From a virus, in IMG/VR virus record IMGVR_UViG_3300008448_000004, positions 64,001 to 128,000 of that record: 64,000 nt of DNA; one strand, given 5' to 3'. The notes under the pieces were generated by a model. It worked only from the letters and a program-made list of their open reading frames with translations. It did not search any database and was not told the origin of the DNA. Position numbers and translations under genes: made by a program. Shown here in pieces: positions 56,319 to 64,000 of this stretch (the stretch's first letter is position 1; each line of letters opens with the position of its first letter).

Positions 56319-56621
56319 CTACTTTACGTTAAGCCTATTGTACTGTCTTAAGATAGCACTTACATCAACGGGTACTCTGAGCTGTATTCCCGGTTCTGGG
56401 AATAGAGTATCACAAGGTAGGTTGTTTGCTGTAGGTATAATCCACCATAGTGTCTTATCTCCGTAGTAGTTATGTGCTAGGAGATCGTACCTATCTTGTT
56501 GAGTTGATATAAGGTAAATATCGTTATTTGTTGGCGCAATATGCGGGTAGTAATTGGTTGTATAGAGCCTCTTACCTGAATCGCTTTTTACTACTTCTAT
56601 ATCTTGGTATCTGCGGTTCAT
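56319..56621 (-). CDS. LysM-like baseplate wedge / tail X-like protein
   Basis: DRYDLLAHNYYGD..LWWII..AN..LRVP. Confidence 0.75.
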   Translation of the reverse strand: MNRRYQDIEVVKSDSGKRLYTTNYYPHIAPTNNDIYLISTQQDRYDLLAHNYYGDKTLWWIIPTANNLPCDTLFPEPGIQLRVPVDVSAILRQYNRLNVK

Positions 56622-56625
56622 ACTT

Positions 56626-59340
56626 TTACGCTTTTAACTGTTGTTGGAAAGAAAGAGGTGTTATATTAGTAGCACTTGTACTACGGCGAGGTAAGAAGTC
56701 ATGTATAGGCGTAAACTGACAGCTAACATCTACTAGCTGAGGAGCTTCAAACATATCACCGTCTAGGTTAATTTCCCAAGGGTAACTGTCTGCAACTGTT
56801 ATATTCATACTAGTAAGAAATCCGGGTTGTTTATAAATATAATCACCTAGAGTCAATTTAACAACTGGGCTTCTCATAAATCCGCTAGATTGGTAATCTG
56901 GATATAGTTGTGATTGTAGGAAGTTCAACTTCTGATACATGGGTTTAAGTTCTTGCTTTGATTCTGCTGCAAGCTTAAAATTAAAAGAAAGAGTTCTTGA
57001 AAATCCATTGTATACGTAAAAGTTCTCACCTCTACCTACATATCTAAACGGTGATAATTCTGCAGTATTATTATCAGAGAAAGAAGTTAAATAGGCTCTA
57101 AAGAGGACAGGTATAACAGCTCCACTGTACATTAAGGCTTCAAATCTAAACTTAATAAGATCTGCAATAGATTTTTCCGGGTCATAGTCTTGCCCGACTG
57201 GTGCTGCTGTTACTTTATCAGATCGGCCAGGTCCTGCAATACCGATTCTACTCTGAAGATTGTTAGTAGTGTAATCTACAAGCTTGTAGCCTATTTTATC
57301 TGGAGAGAAAGAACCTGCTCCACCTGCTGCTCCTTCTATCGTACTTCTAAAATCAGTTAAGTTAGCATCAGTCCATTTTTTTCCAGATGCACCTAATACC
57401 GATTGTTTGTAGAGTAAGCTATAGTTAAAAGTTTTAGCCCCGTTATTAGAGTTGTTTGGGTCGCCTGGGTTAGCACTAGAGTTAAGGGTATCGGTTTTAT
57501 CTCCAGTATTTGTTTCTCTTTTTAGAATTACTTTATCACTAGGGCCGATTGGGTACTCATATATAACATTTGGATTAGAAGGATTAGTAGTTACCTTATC
57601 GTTTCCTTTTATAATTTGCTTATCGGAAAAATCAGCAGACTTGCCGATTAGTTTTCCTGCTAACACTGCTAACCTACTCTCGTTATTAACGTCTACGGTA
57701 TTGTTTGTTAAAGTTTGACCGTAAGGAACAGATCCGAAAAGACCTGCTTTAGCAACTGTTACAGTTTTGTCGACATACGCTGTTGTCTGTAAAAGTTCTT
57801 TTAATGTTTTATAGGTTCCGTTTTGATACAAAGGTATCGGCGGGTTTACGTCGTATAGCGGACTTGTATCAAAATCTGGATTTCTTTTTATAATGGTTTG
57901 GCCAATACCTCTCTTTGCTCCTGGACCTCCTTCATACTTTAGTAAGGTAAATCGATCTTCTGGAATAAAAAGGTTCTTATTAGCAGTTGTGGTTTGCTTA
58001 GTAAATATTTTAGCTTTTAAAAGAGCTACAAGTCTATTGTCTGTATCAGGTTTTGCTTTATTAGAAGTCTGAGTATATTTTACGTAGCCAGGAGCGTTAG
58101 CTTGTAGATCTTCTGGTTTGGTAATAAGAATATCCTGCAGTGTTGCATTTACTCCTTGAGCATTTGCGTAGAGAGATGTTGCAGGATTGGCTTTATATAG
58201 ATCAGAGTTATCTTGGTATCTCTGTATAGTAGTTGTTCCGAGACCTCTTTCAGAATTAGGGCCTCCCGGATACTGTATTAAGGTTGTTCTATCTTGAGGA
58301 ATGTACAGGTTCTTATTTGTTGTTGTTTCTGCACTATACATCTTAGAGCGGAGTAAAGCTACTAATCTGTTATCGGTATTAGGTCTTTCTAGATTCGACT
58401 GTTCTGTGTATTTGAGATAACCTGCTTTAGTTGACTTTAATCCTTCTTTTGTAAGTACGTATATATCCGCCAAAGTAGTAGTCTCTCCTTCTTGATTCTT
58501 ATAAAGAGAAGAAGCAGGATTTGTTCTCAGCAAATCTGAGTTATCAGCATATCTAGGGATGGTTGTTAATCCTATACCGTATACTGATCCAGGTCCGCCT
58601 GGGTATGAGAATAGTAGATTCTTGTTTGTTCTTGAAATACCTAGTCGCTGTAAATTTTCTAGATTAGAAGTACTAGATGTATCTGTTGCTCGAGTTGCTG
58701 GTAGTATTTTGGTATTTAAGAGAGTTACAAGTCTGTTATCTGCTCCTTGATTTGCTAAATTATAACTCTGTACGACTCTTTCGTAGGTTTGGGAAAAAGG
58801 GTTATAGGGCACAGTTCCATGTCTGTCTGCATGTATACCGCTACCTGCTAATCTTACTTGAGCTAAAGTGTTTAATCCACCGTTGTATACTCTTGTGTTT
58901 TCTATTAATCCAAAAAATCTAGCTGTTGTATTTCTTCCCGGGTTTAGGTTAGCTTGAGAGCCAACTTCCATTTTAGGATTAGTTAACTGTAATCCTATTT
59001 GCTTTGCTACAAAGGTATATCCTTTTGGAGAGGATTTTATAAATTTTTGAATCCTCTTAAAATCATATTCTGCAGCAGAAGGTACAATAAGTCCGTTACC
59101 GAGTCTTGTTAAACTACTACCTCTAACCGGGAAGTCTAAAGATGCTAAATTACCTGTATAGTATTGTCTAGTCTTTCCGTCTGCGTTTTCAGGGAAAGGC
59201 CATTGTATATACGGCTCATCACTACTTGCTCCAAATTGCTGGTCTCTTCCGTATTTTAAGCTCTTCTGTATAAAGTTACCGGTTCCTCCGTAGTAGTAGG
59301 GGAAGTTAGCGAGGTTATTTAATAAGTCGACTAATGGCAT
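56626..59340 (-). CDS. baseplate / tail-tube initiator-like protein with internal ~110-aa repeats
   Basis: C-terminal FRAYL..GRGE.FY.Y..F.R..SF.F..P...LTLGD domain; repeated DNRLVALL..YPGGP units. Confidence 0.65.
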   Translation of the reverse strand: MPLVDLLNNLANFPYYYGGTGNFIQKSLKYGRDQQFGASSDEPYIQWPFPENADGKTRQYYTGNLASLDFPVRGSSLTRLGNGLIVPSAAEYDFKRIQKFIKSSPKGYTFVAKQIGLQLTNPKMEVGSQANLNPGRNTTARFFGLIENTRVYNGGLNTLAQVRLAGSGIHADRHGTVPYNPFSQTYERVVQSYNLANQGADNRLVTLLNTKILPATRATDTSSTSNLENLQRLGISRTNKNLLFSYPGGPGSVYGIGLTTIPRYADNSDLLRTNPASSLYKNQEGETTTLADIYVLTKEGLKSTKAGYLKYTEQSNLERPNTDNRLVALLRSKMYSAETTTNKNLYIPQDRTTLIQYPGGPNSERGLGTTTIQRYQDNSDLYKANPATSLYANAQGVNATLQDILITKPEDLQANAPGYVKYTQTSNKAKPDTDNRLVALLKAKIFTKQTTTANKNLFIPEDRFTLLKYEGGPGAKRGIGQTIIKRNPDFDTSPLYDVNPPIPLYQNGTYKTLKELLQTTAYVDKTVTVAKAGLFGSVPYGQTLTNNTVDVNNESRLAVLAGKLIGKSADFSDKQIIKGNDKVTTNPSNPNVIYEYPIGPSDKVILKRETNTGDKTDTLNSSANPGDPNNSNNGAKTFNYSLLYKQSVLGASGKKWTDANLTDFRSTIEGAAGGAGSFSPDKIGYKLVDYTTNNLQSRIGIAGPGRSDKVTAAPVGQDYDPEKSIADLIKFRFEALMYSGAVIPVLFRAYLTSFSDNNTAELSPFRYVGRGENFYVYNGFSRTLSFNFKLAAESKQELKPMYQKLNFLQSQLYPDYQSSGFMRSPVVKLTLGDYIYKQPGFLTSMNITVADSYPWEINLDGDMFEAPQLVDVSCQFTPIHDFLPRRSTSATNITPLSFQQQLKA

Positions 59341-59347
59341 TTTAATA

Positions 59348-62300
59348 TTATCTTATACGTGAGTTAGAATTTAAAACATTGCCGTAACTTGTAACGGTTG
59401 CTTTAGAAGTTGCATAGGCTAGTTTATCTGCATCCACTGTAAGTTGTTTATCTCTAATTGCAGTTAAAATAGCTGTATGCTCTTTTAGAACTTTAACCAT
59501 TTCAACAATAGTATCGCGAGTATCTTTTCCTAAGAATACTTCTCCTTGGTCTACTTTTGCTACACCTGTAGTAGTTACTACGCCTCCGGTTGCTAATTTA
59601 GGTTCCTGAAGAGGAGTAGCTTCCTTGGATGGACCGGTTTTTCCTGCAGCTTTTAATTCATCTCCGTACATACCCAGTACAGCATCACCGATAGGTTTTG
59701 CTCCTACAAAGTCTGCAACCAATCCTCCTAGCCACCTACCAGCAACATCTCCTGCCATTGCACCTAAGATAGTACCTACGCCTGGGATAGGTATGAGAGA
59801 TCCTAAAGCGCCTCCTCCGATTGAGCCTAACACACCTCCTAATCCTTGCATCACTCTCGCACCGACTGCTTGTGATAGTTCAGGCCCTTTTTTATCACCT
59901 GCTATCATCTCCTTAATGTCGTTATTTGCAAATACACCTTCTATTAAGGTGCTAACAATAGGTATCTTAACTAATTTTTTTAAGAAACCTCCTATATTTG
60001 TTTTTAACCATCCTCCTATAGCCCCTTTAGGGTTAGCTACAGCAGAAGCTGTTGATTTTATACTGCTCCATATTCTACTAAAGAATCCACCTCCGCCGGT
60101 TTTAGCAACATTAGAGGCAGCGGCAGCTGTTGTCTGAGTTGCGGGTGCAGCTGCTTTAGCTTGTTTTAGAGCTTCTGCAGATGTCATACCGGGGTTAGCT
60201 GCTTTTATTTGAGCGGCTGTTTTAACATTCGCTGATACCGGTTTAGCACCGGGGGTGGTTGCTGCTGCAGGTGCACTAGCTGTAGCGCCTGCGCTTGCTC
60301 CGCCACCTGCGGCTCCACTCATAGCATCTGCTACACCTCCGTATCCTAAAGCTCCTAACAGTGGTGCAGCCTTTCCACCTATCTTTCCTAAAAACTTACC
60401 AGTACCGGCAAGGAATCTACCGAACTTGCCCATTTTAGCAAGCTTTCTTCCCATCTTAAACTTACTACCGGGTTTAGAGCCGCCTAGCATATCTGCTACA
60501 CCTCCTTCACCTTCACCTCCTCCTGCTCCTGCACCACCAGCACCCAGATTAGTTACTTCACTAAAAGTTGGATTACTGCGAGATGAACCTCTGGTAAAGT
60601 ATTTTGCAATACCTGATAATCCTTTTAACCCTATTATGATTGCTCCTATTGAAGCAAACTTCTTAAGCACGTCTCCCAGGATTGGAATATCTCCAATCTT
60701 ACCTATAAACTGTCCTACACCTTTTACTGCTAATACTATACCTCTAGTTATATCTGATACAAATTTAAAACCGTCTGCTAAAAGTTCTACAAATTGTCCC
60801 ATCGGCCCTTCTACTATGGAGGCTATAACATCTTTCATTTTTTCCATAGCTTCGGCAAACCTGGTCTGAGTGTCAACTTGCATTTTTGATACCTCAAAGC
60901 TCTTACCTTGGGCGATACCTTGTTCTATTTGATCCGCTAATTGACCTTTTCCTTCTGCTCTTAGTTTCTTTATCTCATCTTTTTGTGCAGCACTTAACTT
61001 ATTTAACTGAGCTTGTTTCTGTAACGAATTGGCTAACTCATCAGCAGACATGCCCATTGACTCAGCAATTGCCTGTTGTTGAATCCTATTTAATTTTTGG
61101 AAGTTGTTAATACCGCCGACTTGCTTTAACATCTCTTCAGCCGCTTCTGCTGTTTTTCCTTCAAGAGCTAAACTTCTAGCTCTACTTAACTCTAAATCAC
61201 GGCCTGTTAAAACTTCTGCTTCCATTTCTGCTGCAATAGAACTCTCAAAGTCTAACAGCTTATCTGTCATATTCTTTGTTTGTTCTAGAGTTAGTCCTAG
61301 CTTTTGAGCCTGTACTACAGCTTTTGCAATTAGAGCAGGATCGTTTTTATAGAATGCAGCTAATTGCCCTTCTGTCTTAAGTACTTCTGCAAGTACTTTT
61401 TTATTGCTAAATAATCCTTTGTTTTGTTTTCCAACATTTTTTACAAGATCTTCCTGAGTAGTGTTGTACTGCATTGCGTACATCGAAAGCTTAGAAGCTT
61501 CTTCCCCGCTAAGTCCTAAGTTTCTTGTAAGTAGTATTTGTCCTTCTGTTAACTTCTCTCCAAAGATGGCTGATGTACCAAAAGCTTCGTTAAGCTGTTG
61601 TTGAGCGGCAAGGGTATTCTTTTTAGTCATATACTCCTTACCGCTATGTACTGCCATTTCTTCAGCATAGTGGTAGAGGTCTTTTGCTGCATCAGCAGAT
61701 AAACCATACTGTTTACCGATATCGGCTACCTCTTTGTTGAACTCCATACCTAGATGGACTAGCTTAGTTACAAGACCGACAGCTAGTCCCATAAGTACCA
61801 GAGGATCTTTAAGGGCTGAACCAATACCTTTAAACACACCTTTAAGCCCTGCCATTGCAGTGCTCCATATGTTACCATGCTCAGCAGCATGTTCCATACT
61901 CTCTTCTATATCCTCAAAATATTTTGTATCGATACCAAACTTACCTAGAGCACCAGTTATACCGTGTATTAACTTTCCGGTTAATCCTAACTTCTTTTGA
62001 ATTTCTTCTTCATGCTTTAAACGAGTCTGGCTAAGCTTTACCAGGTCATTTAAGTAGTTACCTTCTTCTTGCTTTAATTTTCCGTTCTCATCTAGAATTC
62101 CGTTAATCTCTATAAGCTGTGCTTTCTCCTGTTCTGTAAGTGCTCTAGATTTTGCTAGTTCTTGTAATTCTTTTCTCGTCGAACTTAAAACCGATGTCTG
62201 TATTTTTATTTTTTCTTGAAGGGATAATATATCTTTTCTGTTAAGTTTAGATATACCTTCTTGGTCGTATTTAAACTTATCGGCTATTCCTCCTAACGCT

Positions 62301-62602
62301 CTAAAAGATTTAGTTATCTCTTTACTCGCAGTGTCAACTCCGGTTATATCTTTAACTACATTCTTAAAGGTATCGCTTACTTCTGAAAATCCTCTTTTCA
62401 TCCTATCTACTCTATCTTCTAAACCGGCTAGCGTTTGGTCTAGAGCAGTAGTATCTCGTTTAAGAGCGTCTAAAGTTACGCTTTTAAACTCTATATTAAG
62501 TTCACGAGCTAACTCTTTTAACCTTAAAATCTTAGCTTCTATTTGAGCTAATGATTCAGGGCTGGGAGTTTGATCGCCTGTAGGATTTGTTGCATCTACC
62601 AT
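59348..62602 (-). CDS. tape measure protein
   Basis: 1084 aa, helical, Ala/Gly-rich; SIAAEMEAEVLTGR; directly downstream of the frameshifted chaperone. Confidence 0.85.
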   Translation of the reverse strand: MVDATNPTGDQTPSPESLAQIEAKILRLKELARELNIEFKSVTLDALKRDTTALDQTLAGLEDRVDRMKRGFSEVSDTFKNVVKDITGVDTASKEITKSFRALGGIADKFKYDQEGISKLNRKDILSLQEKIKIQTSVLSSTRKELQELAKSRALTEQEKAQLIEINGILDENGKLKQEEGNYLNDLVKLSQTRLKHEEEIQKKLGLTGKLIHGITGALGKFGIDTKYFEDIEESMEHAAEHGNIWSTAMAGLKGVFKGIGSALKDPLVLMGLAVGLVTKLVHLGMEFNKEVADIGKQYGLSADAAKDLYHYAEEMAVHSGKEYMTKKNTLAAQQQLNEAFGTSAIFGEKLTEGQILLTRNLGLSGEEASKLSMYAMQYNTTQEDLVKNVGKQNKGLFSNKKVLAEVLKTEGQLAAFYKNDPALIAKAVVQAQKLGLTLEQTKNMTDKLLDFESSIAAEMEAEVLTGRDLELSRARSLALEGKTAEAAEEMLKQVGGINNFQKLNRIQQQAIAESMGMSADELANSLQKQAQLNKLSAAQKDEIKKLRAEGKGQLADQIEQGIAQGKSFEVSKMQVDTQTRFAEAMEKMKDVIASIVEGPMGQFVELLADGFKFVSDITRGIVLAVKGVGQFIGKIGDIPILGDVLKKFASIGAIIIGLKGLSGIAKYFTRGSSRSNPTFSEVTNLGAGGAGAGGGEGEGGVADMLGGSKPGSKFKMGRKLAKMGKFGRFLAGTGKFLGKIGGKAAPLLGALGYGGVADAMSGAAGGGASAGATASAPAAATTPGAKPVSANVKTAAQIKAANPGMTSAEALKQAKAAAPATQTTAAAASNVAKTGGGGFFSRIWSSIKSTASAVANPKGAIGGWLKTNIGGFLKKLVKIPIVSTLIEGVFANNDIKEMIAGDKKGPELSQAVGARVMQGLGGVLGSIGGGALGSLIPIPGVGTILGAMAGDVAGRWLGGLVADFVGAKPIGDAVLGMYGDELKAAGKTGPSKEATPLQEPKLATGGVVTTTGVAKVDQGEVFLGKDTRDTIVEMVKVLKEHTAILTAIRDKQLTVDADKLAYATSKATVTSYGNVLNSNSRIR

Positions 62603-62635
62603 AGTATCTCTAAATATATTATAAATAGGGAGTAC

Positions 62636-62899
62636 CTACTTTTTTGGAGCAGGTACTTTATAGGTAGGTTGTTTCTGAGCTATGTTTGGTTTGTAAATCT
62701 CTCTCTTATTATTAGTTGCGTCGTTTAGATCTTCTTCTCCTTTTTGCTTCTCGTACCAGTCTTTCATTTCATTAAAAGTGTATTTGCGAAGCCAAGTAGG
62801 CATTTCATATATATCTAACCAACTGTAACCTCCTTGTCCGTGAAATACTATTTCATGTATTTCTTTGAAAAGGTAGAGTCTATGCTCAGGACTTAGGCC
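62636..62899 (-). CDS. frameshift extension of the tail chaperone (GT-like; no own start)
   Basis: 88 open codons (GLSPEHRLYLFKEIHEIVFHGQGGYSW...PKK*) in the +1 frame after TTTTTTT. Confidence 0.7.
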   Translation of the reverse strand, partial: GLSPEHRLYLFKEIHEIVFHGQGGYSWLDIYEMPTWLRKYTFNEMKDWYEKQKGEEDLNDATNNKREIYKPNIAQKQPTYKVPAPKK

Positions 62900-63641
62900 A
62901 AAAAAATTCTGTTCCGATTGGAATCTCTACGCCCTCCTCAACGTGTGTATCAGATTCGTAGTCAAACGTAAGAAGTACTTCTGGTTGAATTTCGGTAATA
63001 TGTTTTCTTAGAGCTCTTGAATCGGGTGCTAACATAACATCGACAAAGCCTCTAATTGCTTTTGGATCTCTGTCTCCATTTATCGATGTGATAATCTTTT
63101 TGAACCTGGTAGTTACTTCGCTAGATCCGTTAGGATTGACTTTTTTCATACCTTGAAGTTCTCTCTCAATATCTTTCTCATCTTTATGAGTTAGTAGTTT
63201 GAAAGTGACAATATTGCCGGTAGTAGGTAGTTTAAATTCAAACTCATTCACACCGGGAGTCTTAACTAAACTTCTATCGAGTTTCTTTTCTTTTAACTTT
63301 GTTAAGTCGACGGTGACTTTTTCTGAAGTTCCTGTAATAGGATTGTAGTAGTTAAAACTGTAATCTTTACCGTATCCTAGAATTCTTGCAGCAATCAGCA
63401 AAGCATTCTTATCTGTTATTAGTAGATCGTCAAAATTAATCTTAGTGACGATTAGAGATTGTAGTAGTTTATCTAGAACCGTGTTATTATTAATTAGATT
63501 AGCATTAGTAAGGATATCTTCCTCTTTTGCTGTCATATACTTCATTTCCAGTTTACCGCTAGATAAAGGGTTATCTTGGGGATATAAGAGTCCTTCGGAC
63601 GGTAGTTCAACTGTTTCGGTCGGTAACTTAAATTCGCTCAT
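62886..63641 (-). CDS. tail assembly chaperone / baseplate-hub assembly protein
   Basis: LPSEG..Y, MKYMTAKEEDIL, ILGYG; ends FFWP at the T7 run. Confidence 0.7.
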   Translation of the reverse strand: MSEFKLPTETVELPSEGLLYPQDNPLSSGKLEMKYMTAKEEDILTNANLINNNTVLDKLLQSLIVTKINFDDLLITDKNALLIAARILGYGKDYSFNYYNPITGTSEKVTVDLTKLKEKKLDRSLVKTPGVNEFEFKLPTTGNIVTFKLLTHKDEKDIERELQGMKKVNPNGSSEVTTRFKKIITSINGDRDPKAIRGFVDVMLAPDSRALRKHITEIQPEVLLTFDYESDTHVEEGVEIPIGTEFFWPKS

Positions 63642-63698
63642 AGATTTTTATTTAGTAACTGTATTGTATATATAAATATGCCGGAGATTGATTTTCTA

Positions 63699-64000
63699 CT
63701 AGAAAACAGTCTTCAAGCTTCTAATAATTTTTTTATCCCATTTCTTAAGAACATTCTTGTAGAAGTAAGCTAAAGCATACGGTCCAGAATGTCCTAATTC
63801 TAAAGCAAAGCTCTTTATTTCAGCAGAGGTTAGTTCGATAAGAAGGATGTACTCGTCAAAAGTTGGATCGCCTTCTATATTATTTTTCTTATAATAGTCT
63901 CCTAAAGCTATTTCAGCAGTTAAGTCAAAGTATTTACCATTAGAAGAATTCCAAGCATGATCGAGAGGTACGTACCTGGAAGCTATTCCTTCGCAGTATT
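63699..64000 (-). CDS. partial hypothetical protein with YCEG..HAW..D motif (transglutaminase/papain-like)
   Basis: Hand translation YCEGIASRYVPLDHAWN...YFDLT...TVF*; the start lies beyond the window. Confidence 0.5.
   Translation of the reverse strand, partial: YCEGIASRYVPLDHAWNSSNGKYFDLTAEIALGDYYKKNNIEGDPTFDEYILLIELTSAEIKSFALELGHSGPYALAYFYKNVLKKWDKKIIRSLKTVF

Noticed and set aside
59625-62546. Long plus-strand ORFs (170 aa, 204 aa and others) within the tape measure gene
   Set aside because: Pro/Ala-rich antisense translation of Gly/Ala codons; no start signals.
62631-62657. Hairpin AGTACCT/AGGTACT before the tape measure gene as a terminator
   Set aside because: No U tract follows on the coding strand and the loop is long; role unclear.

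Overview
A 64-kb, AT-rich segment of a large tailed dsDNA phage, probably with a contractile tail. The host is very likely Bacteroidota: about 12 TTG-N18-20-TAnnTTTR promoters, Bacteroidetes-type boxA elements and a lipoprotein with D-S/T-x sequons point that way. Every real gene but one is on the minus strand. From left to right: (1) a large glycosylation island (about 12 glycosyltransferases, FkbM, gmd plus a ColD-type 3-dehydratase, and a minimal E1-alpha/E1-beta pair with an SDR), interrupted by a PD-(D/E)XK nuclease and PolA. (2) An RNA-rich island with 10 tRNAs, one aberrant tRNA-like gene, three small structured elements, an ~870-nt highly structured ncRNA (GOLLD-like) and a 26-codon leader peptide with terminator/antiterminator ahead of the tRNA run. 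(3) GroES/GroEL/Hsp20. (4) A complete 7-deazaguanine DNA-modification set (folE, queD, queE, queC, queF, a DpdA-like transglycosylase, a DpdN/PurN-like formyltransferase and an adjacent kinase). (5) Replication genes (class II RNR, helicase, 5'-3' exonuclease, RecA-like, gp32-like SSB and a second, divergent PolA). (6) Baseplate, tail lysin, tape measure and a tail chaperone with a probable +1/-2 frameshift. The most novel-looking signal is a ribosome-dependent attenuator whose leader codons match the anticodons of the tRNAs it controls. All calls come from reading motifs by eye; no database search was run.
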